A DNA stretch of 58,206 nucleotides, taken from an uncultured Clostridia bacterium (GTDB taxonomy: Bacteria > Bacillota > Clostridia > Oscillospirales > Ruminococcaceae). Each line of letters begins with the position of its first letter. Positions within the stretch are counted from its first letter, which is position 1. Shown in pieces: positions 1-8,350 of this stretch. The position numbers were made by a program, and so were the translations under genes. The notes beneath the pieces were generated by a model. The model saw only the letters and a program-made list of their open reading frames with translations, had not been told where the DNA came from and ran no database searches. The stretch spans positions 1-58,206 of the forward strand of contig CANPZQ010000001.1 of assembly GCA_947588775.1 (NCBI GenBank). The letters run 5' to 3'.

Positions 1-5
1 CGGCG

Positions 6-512
6 GTGCTCGATTATTTAGACATGCTCGACAAGGATTTAAAAACCGTCGACACCGTTATTAAAACCGGAAACCCGATGACCGACGCGATTTTAAATTC
101 AAAAATAACGCTCGCGCGGGATAAAAAAATCGAGGTCAGGGCAGACGCGAATATCTCCTGCGTTCTCGGGATTTCGGAGCTCGAGCTCTGCTCTATTATC
201 GGAAACCTCTTCGACAACGCCATAGAGGCAAGTCTTCGGCTCCCCGAGGAAAAGCGGCTTATCCGCGTTTATATGGAGGTCAAGAAGGCGGAGCAGCTCT
301 ATATTTCGTTCACAAACTTCACCGCCTCCCCAAAGCTCAAAAAACGCCTCGGGCGGTATGAGAGCACAAAGGGCCGCGACCACGGCCTCGGGCTCGAACG
401 CGTGGATACCATAGTTTCGCGCCTCGGCGGATATATAAGCAGAAACTCGGAGGACGGCGCGTTCACGACGGAGATTTTGGTGCCGGTCGCTCCGAAAAAA
501 GCCGGAAAATGA
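6..512 (+). CDS. sensor histidine kinase, C-terminal GHKL ATPase domain (5' end cut by window edge; AgrC/LytS-like)
   Basis: ORF open to window edge; N-box-like IGNLFDNAIEA and G-box GRDHGLGLERV motifs. Confidence 0.7.
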   Translation: MLDYLDMLDKDLKTVDTVIKTGNPMTDAILNSKITLARDKKIEVRADANISCVLGISELELCSIIGNLFDNAIEASLRLPEEKRLIRVYMEVKKAEQLYISFTNFTASPKLKKRLGRYESTKGRDHGLGLERVDTIVSRLGGYISRNSEDGAFTTEILVPVAPKKAGK

Positions 513-538
513 CAATTTGTCCCTAAAATACCCCATTT

Positions 539-569
539 CGTCCCGGATTTTACACTCGGGACGATTTTT
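539..569 (+). terminator. intrinsic terminator after the kinase gene
   Basis: cgtcccg (539-545) / cgggacg (557-563) stem followed by TTTTT 565-569. Confidence 0.6.
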
Positions 570-602
570 ATGCTATGATAGCATCAAGAGGTGATAACAT
601 AT

Positions 603-2459
603 ATGCAAACAAAAGAAAAAAAGACAAAGGAAAAGCCGACCTACGGCGTTCCGCGGTGCCTTTTATTCGTCTGCGGGAGGGTTCTGAGGTACTCCAAGGC
701 GTATTTCGCCTTTACGCTTCTCGGCCTTGCGGTTAATATCCTGTGTCAGGTAATGCAATTTTACCTCGCGCCGACGCTCATAGGAACCCTTGAACGCGGC
801 GAGGGAATTTTGGCGTTCATGCTCGCGCTTCTGCTCCTCGGCGGAGGGCAGGCCTTTATGATGGGGCTAAGGAGCTACGTCGACCGCAACCGATACCCGA
901 TGAAAATGGTTCTTAACTCGCGGCTCACCGAGGAAGTAACCGGGAAAATCGCGGCGACCTCCTATCCGAATTTTCTCACAGAAAAATTCAAGAACCGCAC
1001 GTCGCAGGCGTTCGAAGGGGTCGAGAGCGGCGTAATCAACGGCTTCAACAACCTCGTCAACTACCACCTTCGAACGGTTATAATGTTCGCTTTCTACCTT
1101 TACTTTTTAAGCGACCTTCACCCGCTTTTGGGCGTTGTGACCGGGATTCTGGCGGGGATAATGTTCTTCTACAACCGCTGGGCTTACGCTTGGGGACAGC
1201 GGCACCGCGACGAGGAATCGGAGGTCTGGCGAAAGTGGGACTATGTCCGCGACAACATGGTGAAGCTGCCGCTGATTAAGGAGCTGAAGCTCTTCGGAAT
1301 GACGGGCTGGATAGAGGACATCTTCCGGGACGTCTGGCTTATTTCGTCCCACCTTTCCGTAAAGCGCGAGAGATTCTTCGCATGGCGCGGGGTGGTGAAC
1401 CTTGTCACCGACGTTTTAAGGGACGGTTTCGCGCTCTATATCCTCATTTCGGCGGCTATACGCGGCGAAATTTCGGCGGCAAGATTCGTTCTTCTGAGCG
1501 CGGCCGTCAACAACTTCTCGTCGCAGGTCGGCGGGGTGTTCGATTCTATTAACCACGTCCGCGAGGACTGCCTGAAGGTCAACAACCTGATGGAGTTCAT
1601 CAACTACCCCGAGCCGTTCAGGTTTGAGGACGGACTGAGCGTCCCGCGGGCGGAGAGCTACGAGATAACGCTTGAAAACGTAAGCTACACCTATCCCGGC
1701 GCGCCGGAAAAGACGCTCGACGGCTTTAACCTCACGGTCCACAGAGGCGAAAAGCTCGCGATGGTCGGCCTCAACGGCGCGGGAAAGACTACGGTTGTGA
1801 AGCTTATCTGCGGATTTTTGGACCCCGACGAGGGAAGGGTCCTCTTTAACGGCGCAGACGTCCGCGAATTTAATCGGCGCGACTACTACAGCCTCTTTTC
1901 GGCGGTATTTCAGCAGTTTTCGATTCTCGATTCAACTATAGCGCAGAATATCGCGCAGTCGGTTGAAAATATCGACTATGAAAAGCTGGACGAATGCCTT
2001 GAAAAGGCGGGGCTCAAAAAAATGATTGAAAACCTGCCGAAGGGGCTTGAAACCCACCTCGGACGGGACATCTACGACGACGGGATTATGCTCTCGGGCG
2101 GCCAGACGCAGAGAATGCTCCTCGCGCGGGCTCTATATAAAAACGCGCCGATACTCATTCTTGACGAGCCGACGGCGGCCCTCGACCCGCTCGCCGAAAA
2201 CGACATCTATATGAAGTACAACGCCATGTGCTCGGGGAAAACCTCGGTATTTATCTCCCACCGCTTCGCGTCCACCCGCTTCTGCGACAGGGTGGTATAT
2301 GTCGCGGACGGAAAGGCCGCCGAGGTCGGCACCCATGACGAGCTTATAAGGCTCGGCGGGGGATATGCGAAGCTATTCGAGGTCCAGGCGAGGTACTACC
2401 GCGACGGCGACGTTCGCGAAATGATGAGAAAGGAGGCGGAGGACAATGCTTCGGAATAA
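603..2459 (+). CDS. ABC exporter, fused permease/ATPase half-transporter
   Basis: N-terminal multi-TM region, Walker A GLNGAGKTT, signature LSGGQTQR, Walker B ILILDEPTAALD, H-loop ISHR; ATG 603 follows AGAGGTGA (track ORF starts at 591). Confidence 0.85.
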   Translation: MQTKEKKTKEKPTYGVPRCLLFVCGRVLRYSKAYFAFTLLGLAVNILCQVMQFYLAPTLIGTLERGEGILAFMLALLLLGGGQAFMMGLRSYVDRNRYPMKMVLNSRLTEEVTGKIAATSYPNFLTEKFKNRTSQAFEGVESGVINGFNNLVNYHLRTVIMFAFYLYFLSDLHPLLGVVTGILAGIMFFYNRWAYAWGQRHRDEESEVWRKWDYVRDNMVKLPLIKELKLFGMTGWIEDIFRDVWLISSHLSVKRERFFAWRGVVNLVTDVLRDGFALYILISAAIRGEISAARFVLLSAAVNNFSSQVGGVFDSINHVREDCLKVNNLMEFINYPEPFRFEDGLSVPRAESYEITLENVSYTYPGAPEKTLDGFNLTVHRGEKLAMVGLNGAGKTTVVKLICGFLDPDEGRVLFNGADVREFNRRDYYSLFSAVFQQFSILDSTIAQNIAQSVENIDYEKLDECLEKAGLKKMIENLPKGLETHLGRDIYDDGIMLSGGQTQRMLLARALYKNAPILILDEPTAALDPLAENDIYMKYNAMCSGKTSVFISHRFASTRFCDRVVYVADGKAAEVGTHDELIRLGGGYAKLFEVQARYYRDGDVREMMRKEAEDNASE

Positions 2460-4341
2460 AAATAAAGAGAAAAAATACGAAATGTCCGTCAAGGAGTCGC
2501 TCTTTTGGACGGTTAAGGCGATAAAGCTTTTACATACGCTCGCTCCCGGCGAGATGGAGCTTGAATACGCGGGCGACATAAGCCAAACGGTATTCATCTT
2601 TATAAATGTATTTCTGACGGCGCGGCTCGTCGACGAGCTGGCAACCGAGATGAGGCCCGAAAAGCTTATACTGTTCGCGGCGTTGATTATTGCATTCACA
2701 ATCCTCAGTCAGATTCTTCACTACGTATTCTTCCACATAAAGCAGTACAAGGGCATTTTCCGAGGCGAAAAGAAGCAGTATATGCTCAACAAAAAGCTCA
2801 CGAGCCTCGATTTTTCCGACGCGGAGGGACAGGAAATCCGCGACCGGTTCTTTAAAATAAAACAGGACGAGGACTGGCTGAACATGGGCATAAATCCCGC
2901 GTACGCCTTGCTGGAGAACTTTATATGGGCCGCGTCGAATATAACCGGCGGAATCGCGCTTTCGGTGAGCTTTCTCTTCGTAAGGGTTCCCGACGGAACG
3001 CCGGGGGCGTGGTTCCTGAATTCGCCGCTTTTAATTCTTGCGGTAATCGCCGTTATCGCTCTTAACACAAAGCTCTCGACGGCGAGCGGCATATTGGCCT
3101 TTAAGAAAGAATCGGGCTTAAACGACGCTTCCCAAAAAATGAACCGTATGAAGCGGCACACCGAGGACATTCAGAAGGACGAAAACCGCGCCCTCGACAT
3201 GAGGCTTTACAACCAGAGCTCGCAAATCAACGCGATGAGGCTTGAGGCCGTCGACAACGGCTACGCGGCGGCGAATAAGAAGCTCAGCCGCGGCTCGGCG
3301 GGGCTTTTAAGAATGGCGCAGAGCTTCTTGTTATGGGTCCCCGACTCGGTTATGTTTTTGGCGGTCGGCTTAAAGGCACTCGCCGGGGCGTTCTCAATCG
3401 GCACGGTGACGCAGTATGTTACCGCACTCACATTGGCCTCGGACAGCATTTCCGGCATTATCTACAACATCGCCGATATGCGGCTCAACGCGCCGTTTAT
3501 AAAAAAGTTCTTTGATTTCATGGAGCTCCCGAACAATATGTATCAGGGAACCCTTACGACCGAAAAGCGTTCCGACCGCCAGTACGACATCGAATTCCGC
3601 GACGTCGGCTTCAAATATCCGACGGCGGAAACATGGGCCCTGCGGCACGTCAACATAAAGTTCAGGGTAGGAACCCGCCTTGCGGTAGTCGGCGAAAACG
3701 GCTCGGGAAAGACGACGTTTATAAAGCTGCTATGCCGCCTCTACGACCCGCAGGAGGGGGAAATCCTCCTAAACGGCATCGACATAAAAAAATACAACCC
3801 GCGCGACTACATGGGCGTATTCTCGGTTGTTTTCCAGGATTATTTCCTGCTTTCGCAGCCGTTGGGGGAAAATGTCGCCTGCGCGAGGAATTATAACCGC
3901 GAAAAGGCGGAAAGATGCCTGCGCGAGGCCGGGTTCGGCGAGCGGCTCGACAGCCTTCCCGACGGCTTGGATACATATATTAACAAAGAATTCGAGCCGA
4001 AGGGCGTTCAGTTCTCGGGCGGCGAAATGCAGAAAATCGCGATTGCGAGAGCACTTTACAAGAACGCGCCGTTCATTGTCCTCGACGAGCCGACGGCGGC
4101 CCTCGACCCAATCGCCGAGGCGGAAATCTACAGGCAGTTTGACGACATCACCGGCGACCGCACCGCGATTTACATAAGCCACCGGCTTTCAAGCTGCCGC
4201 TTCTGCGACGAAATCGCGGTATTCGACGGCGGCAAGGTCGTCGAACGCGGAACCCACGAAGGTCTGATTGCCGAAGGCGGGAAGTATCGGGAGCTCTGGG
4301 AGGCTCAGGCGGGGTATTATGTGGGGGAAGGGGAAAAGTAG
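2446..4341 (+). CDS. ABC exporter, fused permease/ATPase half-transporter (probable heterodimer partner)
   Basis: Walker A GENGSGKTT, FSGGEMQK, FIVLDEPTAALD, ISHRLSS; 14-nt overlap with the upstream exporter gene. Confidence 0.85.
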   Translation: MLRNKNKEKKYEMSVKESLFWTVKAIKLLHTLAPGEMELEYAGDISQTVFIFINVFLTARLVDELATEMRPEKLILFAALIIAFTILSQILHYVFFHIKQYKGIFRGEKKQYMLNKKLTSLDFSDAEGQEIRDRFFKIKQDEDWLNMGINPAYALLENFIWAASNITGGIALSVSFLFVRVPDGTPGAWFLNSPLLILAVIAVIALNTKLSTASGILAFKKESGLNDASQKMNRMKRHTEDIQKDENRALDMRLYNQSSQINAMRLEAVDNGYAAANKKLSRGSAGLLRMAQSFLLWVPDSVMFLAVGLKALAGAFSIGTVTQYVTALTLASDSISGIIYNIADMRLNAPFIKKFFDFMELPNNMYQGTLTTEKRSDRQYDIEFRDVGFKYPTAETWALRHVNIKFRVGTRLAVVGENGSGKTTFIKLLCRLYDPQEGEILLNGIDIKKYNPRDYMGVFSVVFQDYFLLSQPLGENVACARNYNREKAERCLREAGFGERLDSLPDGLDTYINKEFEPKGVQFSGGEMQKIAIARALYKNAPFIVLDEPTAALDPIAEAEIYRQFDDITGDRTAIYISHRLSSCRFCDEIAVFDGGKVVERGTHEGLIAEGGKYRELWEAQAGYYVGEGEK

Positions 4342-4524
4342 TTGGAAATCAATGGGGAATGTCCTATCCACCCACATTTAAGCAAAAAGTATGAGGCGGA
4401 AAACGGTTAGTAACGCCGAACCGTCAGGCAAAGAATTTTTATGATGTGTGCGGAATGTACTCTCTCAACTCCCCGGGAGCGTACAACCCCCACAATATGC
4501 TACAATATCCCCGAGGTGATAAAA

Positions 4525-5294
4525 ATGTCGCGATTAGCAAAAATTGACGAAAACACACATTGCCCAATCTGCGGAAAGCACGAGCATTAGGTCAGACATG
4601 GCAAAAAAAGTCCGGCTCACAGAAATACCGTTGCAACGACTGCAATATAGACTACACACCAGAGCCGCGCCCATGGCAGTACAGCGAGGAAGTCCGCGAG
4701 CAGGCAATCAAGACATACTATTCCGGAGTAAGCGGAAGAAAGGTAGGGCTTTTGAATAATTTCAGCAAATCCAATGTCTATAATTGAATAAAAAACGAAA
4801 TAAATAATCAACAAAGTGTTGAAAATGCGTCGAAAGTTTCTGAGTTCTTCAGGAAATTTAATATTAAGCCAAAATTCTATGAACTTGACGAGCTTTATTG
4901 GTTCATAGGTAAAAAGCCGAAAACCGAAACGAAAGAAAATGTTTATTTGATGTCAATGGTTTCCCGCAAGCCGCATATTATAGCGAGTTTACAGATCGCT
5001 GAGGATAAGTCTGCTCATAGGATTCAGGAGATAGTCGACAGTGCTCCGTATGCCGATTACTACTGCACCGACGGGTATTTCGGCTATCTGAATGTCATCT
5101 ACCCCGGAAAACATATTTACAACTGTCATGACAAAAGCGATACATTTACGGTGGAAAGTGTTAACGCTGACTTACGCGACTATATACCGTTGCTTCGTCG
5201 AAGAAGCGGATGTTTTGCGAGGAGTATTGAAACCCTGAGAGCTGTCGTTAAGTTTTTGTTGACGCTTATAATAAATTCGGAATTGCAAAATTGA
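4525..5294 (+). mobile_element. IS1-family transposase, degenerate (frame change in the zinc finger plus one in-frame TGA)
   Basis: CPICGK.. (frame of ATG 4525, stops at 4588) continues in another frame as ..SGSQKYRCNDCN. After TGA 4785-4787 the same frame reads on without stops into ELDELYWFIGKK ... YCTDGYFGY ... GKH ... TVESVNADLRDYIPLLRRRSGCFARSIETL, the IS1 InsB/DDE pattern. Confidence 0.75.
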
Positions 5295-5389
5295 TGTATC
5301 GTGAACGCTATCCTAAAGGGGACCTGCCTTTCAGGTTGGTTAATTTTCTTTAATTTTCGCGGAATGGCACTCGTTGGGAACGAAAGGCA

Positions 5390-5471
5390 GCGCGGCGAAG
5401 GGGGCGGGGGGGGGGGGTGGGTGGCGGGCAGTGGCTTTGGCGGCCGCAGAGAGCAGCCCCCTTCGCCGCGC
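5390..5471 (+). repeat. hairpin/G-core repeat unit U1
   Basis: 16-nt arms gcgcggcgaagggggc / gcccccttcgccgcgc are exact reverse complements; G-rich interior with a G12 run (5406-5417) and GGGTGGGTGGCGGGC. Confidence 0.85.
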
Positions 5472-5596
5472 GGCGGACAGCGCAAGACTTAGATGGAAGC
5501 AGGAGCTTGAGTAAAAAGGCGAAAATTTTTGCAAAGCTCCGTTATGTGCACTTCTATCCTCTAACCCTCTAACGCTCCAACCTCTAAAAGCCCAAC

Positions 5597-5644
5597 CCTC
5601 ACCCGTCCCCGCTCAGCCCCGCAAAGGGGGCTTCGGGGGACGGG
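5597..5644 (+). repeat. nested-hairpin module B, copy 1
   Basis: cctcacccgtccccgctcagccccgcaaagggggcttcgggggacggg; near-identical to the reverse complement of 14403-14445. Confidence 0.8.
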
Positions 5645-5702
5645 ATTCGGCTTGGGCCGGGGGGTTGGGCGCGCGGAGTGTTCGGGTTTCCTGCGCAACC
5701 CC

Positions 5703-5787
5703 GGCGCGGCGAATGGGGCTAATTTCCTGCGCCCACCCACCCGCCCTCCAAGGCTTCCATCTTTTTTCCCGCCCCATTCGCCGCGCC
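5703..5787 (-). repeat. hairpin/G-core repeat unit U2
   Basis: arms ggcgcggcgaatgggg / ccccattcgccgcgcc exact complements; interior tttcctgcgcccacccacccgccc (G-core on minus strand). Confidence 0.85.
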
Positions 5788-5808
5788 TTCACCATTATCA
5801 GCCGGCCA

Positions 5809-5891
5809 GCGCGGCGGAAAAAGCGGTCAAAACTCACGAAACCCTCGTGGGCGGGCGGGTGGGACCAACGCACCAGCTTTTTCCGCCGCGC
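5809..5891 (+). repeat. hairpin/G-core repeat unit U3
   Basis: arms gcgcggcggaaaaagc / gctttttccgccgcgc exact complements; interior gtgggcgggcgggtggg. Confidence 0.85.
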
Positions 5892-6101
5892 GGTCCTCAA
5901 CACTCCCAAAAAATCACCCCGACTCCCACAAAGCCTCCACATATTACTATACTTTCCGTATAACACATCCAAAATATTACTCTTAGTCCCACCGCTCCCA
6001 TATACAAATAGTAATATCGCTCCCAACTATTCCCCATCGTCAACTTCCTCCACACACAAAATCCCCCGGCCGCGCCTCATCGCACGCCCGGGGAAACAAA
6101 A

Positions 6102-7532
6102 TCAATCCTTCGCCCTTTTAATCTCAAACCAGAACGTCGAGCCCTTGCCGACCTCGCTCTGAACGCCGAAGCGGCGGCCGTGGAGCCTCAGAATTTCCTT
6201 GACAATCGATAGCCCGAGGCCGGTTCCGACAACGTCGCGCTTTGTCCGCTCGTCGCGGTAGTAGCGGTCGAATATCAGCGGAAGCTTGTCCCGCTCGATT
6301 CCTACGCCGAAGTCGACAACCTCAATCCTCACAACCGTATCGAAATTCCGCTGGCGGATAATAATTTTCCGCGAATCGCCGGAATAGTTCACCGCGTTGT
6401 TGATGAAGTTGTAAAGAACCTGCGCAAGACGCGCCTCGTCGCCCTCGCAGATTACGTCGCCGTCCGACTCGACCGAAAATTCATATCCCTGCTGCTCCGC
6501 AAGGAGCTGATACCTCGAAAGCGCGTCGCGTATGAATTCCCCGACCGAAAACTGCCTGCAATCGAGCTGAATGCTGCCGTTCTGAAGCTTTGAAAGCTCC
6601 AAAAGGTTTGAAACAAGCTCCGAAAGCCTGTCCGCCTCGTCGATTATTACGCCAAGGTGCTCCGCCCGCTTTTCGGGATTGTCCCCCGAAAGGTCGCGAA
6701 TCATCTCGGCATACGCCTTAATCATCGTCAGCGGCGTTCTTAGGTCGTGGGAAACGTTCGCGATAAGGTCGTTTCGGAGGCTGTCGACCTTTGATATTTC
6801 GGAAGCGGCATAGTTCAGCGCGTCGGAGAGCTCGTCTATTTCGGCATATCCCCCGCCCTCGAAGCGGGTGGTATAATCCCCCGAGGCGAGCCTGTCCGCC
6901 GATTCGGTGATGTGCTTGAAGGGCCGCGAGAGCCTGTTTGAAAGCATCAGCGAAATCAGAAGAGCCATAAAGAATGTCATCAGCGAGATAAATATAAGCT
7001 GCTCCTTAATTACCTCGACCGCGGGGCCGATAGGCTCCATCGATGCGTTTATAAACAGGTAGCAGTCGCCGTCGAGCAGCCCTCCGTAGAGGTACTCGGT
7101 GGTATGAAATCTCGGATTCGTCGTAACAGAGAGGAATCTGTGGTCCTCGCTGGTCTGAACCTCGTTCCGGTAGCCGAAAAGCCGTATTCCGCCCTCCTGC
7201 GTAAGGGCCGAGTATCCGCCCATGAAATCCGCACTCATAATCGGGTCGCCGTTCGCGCGGGTGATGACAATCGTCATCGTGTTGTTATAGGCCAAATCCT
7301 CGATAAGCGTGCGGCTGTCCAGGGGGCTGTCGCCGTCGAAGTCGGAGGAAATCGCCGCGACGATTTTTATTATCTTCGCGCGGGTCGACGCCTCATAGTA
7401 TTTATCGAGGGTGAAAACCTGAAAGAACCACACAAGAAAGAGTATCGCCCCGGTAAAGACGGCGAAATACACCCAGATGGTGGAGCGCACCGAGAGTGTG
7501 CGTTTTTTCTTTTCGCTATTTGATGTTGTCAA
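6102..7532 (-). CDS. two-component sensor histidine kinase (2 TM, HAMP, HisKA, HATPase)
   Basis: H-box SHDLRTPLT, N-box NFINNAVNY, G-boxes DFGVGI and GTGLGLSIV; 17-nt overlap with the regulator gene. Confidence 0.9.
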   Translation of the reverse strand: MTTSNSEKKKRTLSVRSTIWVYFAVFTGAILFLVWFFQVFTLDKYYEASTRAKIIKIVAAISSDFDGDSPLDSRTLIEDLAYNNTMTIVITRANGDPIMSADFMGGYSALTQEGGIRLFGYRNEVQTSEDHRFLSVTTNPRFHTTEYLYGGLLDGDCYLFINASMEPIGPAVEVIKEQLIFISLMTFFMALLISLMLSNRLSRPFKHITESADRLASGDYTTRFEGGGYAEIDELSDALNYAASEISKVDSLRNDLIANVSHDLRTPLTMIKAYAEMIRDLSGDNPEKRAEHLGVIIDEADRLSELVSNLLELSKLQNGSIQLDCRQFSVGEFIRDALSRYQLLAEQQGYEFSVESDGDVICEGDEARLAQVLYNFINNAVNYSGDSRKIIIRQRNFDTVVRIEVVDFGVGIERDKLPLIFDRYYRDERTKRDVVGTGLGLSIVKEILRLHGRRFGVQSEVGKGSTFWFEIKRAKD

Positions 7533-8190
7533 ACTTATATCCCATTCCTCTCAGGGTGACAATCAGGTCGCGGTAGGGGCCGAGGCTGTTTCGTAGCATT
7601 TTAATGTGCGTGTCGACGGTTCTGTCGTCGCCGTAGAAGTCGAATCCCCAGACTTCCTCGAGAAGCTTTTCGCGCGACATGGCTATGTTCATGTTTTTCG
7701 CGAGGAAGAACAAAATATCGTACTCCTTCGGGGTCATCTGCGCGCGCTTTCCGTCGATTATAACGTCGCGGGCGGCGAAGTTGATTACGAGGCCCTTGTA
7801 GGTGATTATGTCCTCGGCGTCCTCGCGGGTCGAACGCTTTATTACGACCTTTATTCTCGCCATGAGCTCCTTCGGGGAGAAGGGCTTAACGACGTAGTCG
7901 TCGATTCCGACCTCGAAGCCGAAGAGCTTATCGTACTCCTCGCCCCTCGCCGAGAGCATGATAACCGGGATATTCTTGATTTTCTTGATTTCCTTGCAGG
8001 CGGAATATCCGTCCAGCTTCGGCATCATGATGTCCAGAATTACGCAGTCGAAATCGGGGTTCTGCCTCACCTTTTCAACCGCCTCCATGCCGTCGGCCGC
8101 CTCGACTACGTCGTAGCCCTCGAAAGCGGCGTACTCCTTAACCACGGCGCGGATTTTCGCCTCGTCGTCAACAATCAAAATTTTTGGCAC
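7516..8190 (-). CDS. OmpR-family response regulator
   Basis: KILIVDDE ... LDIMMPKLDG receiver, winged-helix C-terminus (RGMGYKF); GTG 8190 follows AGGGAGGT (track ORF extends to 8232). Confidence 0.9.
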   Translation of the reverse strand: MPKILIVDDEAKIRAVVKEYAAFEGYDVVEAADGMEAVEKVRQNPDFDCVILDIMMPKLDGYSACKEIKKIKNIPVIMLSARGEEYDKLFGFEVGIDDYVVKPFSPKELMARIKVVIKRSTREDAEDIITYKGLVINFAARDVIIDGKRAQMTPKEYDILFFLAKNMNIAMSREKLLEEVWGFDFYGDDRTVDTHIKMLRNSLGPYRDLIVTLRGMGYKFDNIK

Positions 8191-8350
8191 GGTATTACCT
8201 CCCTGTGATTTTATAGCTACAGTATATAACATTTTTAGGGGATAAGTGTGAATAAGCTGTGAAATTTTCGGAGAAATTATGCATTTACTAAAATTTCAGC
8301 CGGAGCCGCATGCTTTTTCGGCGCGGCGTCCGGCTGAACGGTTATTCGGC

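Noticed and set aside
4450-5366. gcggaatg at 4450-4457 and 5359-5366 as a target-site duplication defining the IS1 ends
   Set aside because: The sequences just inside these 8-mers show no inverted-repeat relationship, so the match is probably chance. The IS boundaries remain undefined.
5557-5601. Degenerate 8-nt tandem repeat (CCTCTAAN x5-6). A similar TCTGTNN run lies at ~58170-58195
   Set aside because: It is short and degenerate, and I cannot attach any function. It is noted only as further low-complexity intergenic sequence.
5613-6162. Track ORFs of 103-165 aa on both strands between IS1 and the kinase gene. Analogous ORFs lie at 13946-14619, 44768-45338, 48449-49018 and 56308-57640
   Set aside because: They are translations of the repeat units (recurrent AGGWAQE, PPTRPP, Gly/Pro/Arg-rich low complexity). 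They overlap each other on both strands and have no RBS, so they are artefacts of GC-rich repeats.
7606-8208. 200-aa plus-strand ORF
   Set aside because: It is antisense to the OmpR-family regulator, which has clear receiver and winged-helix motifs.
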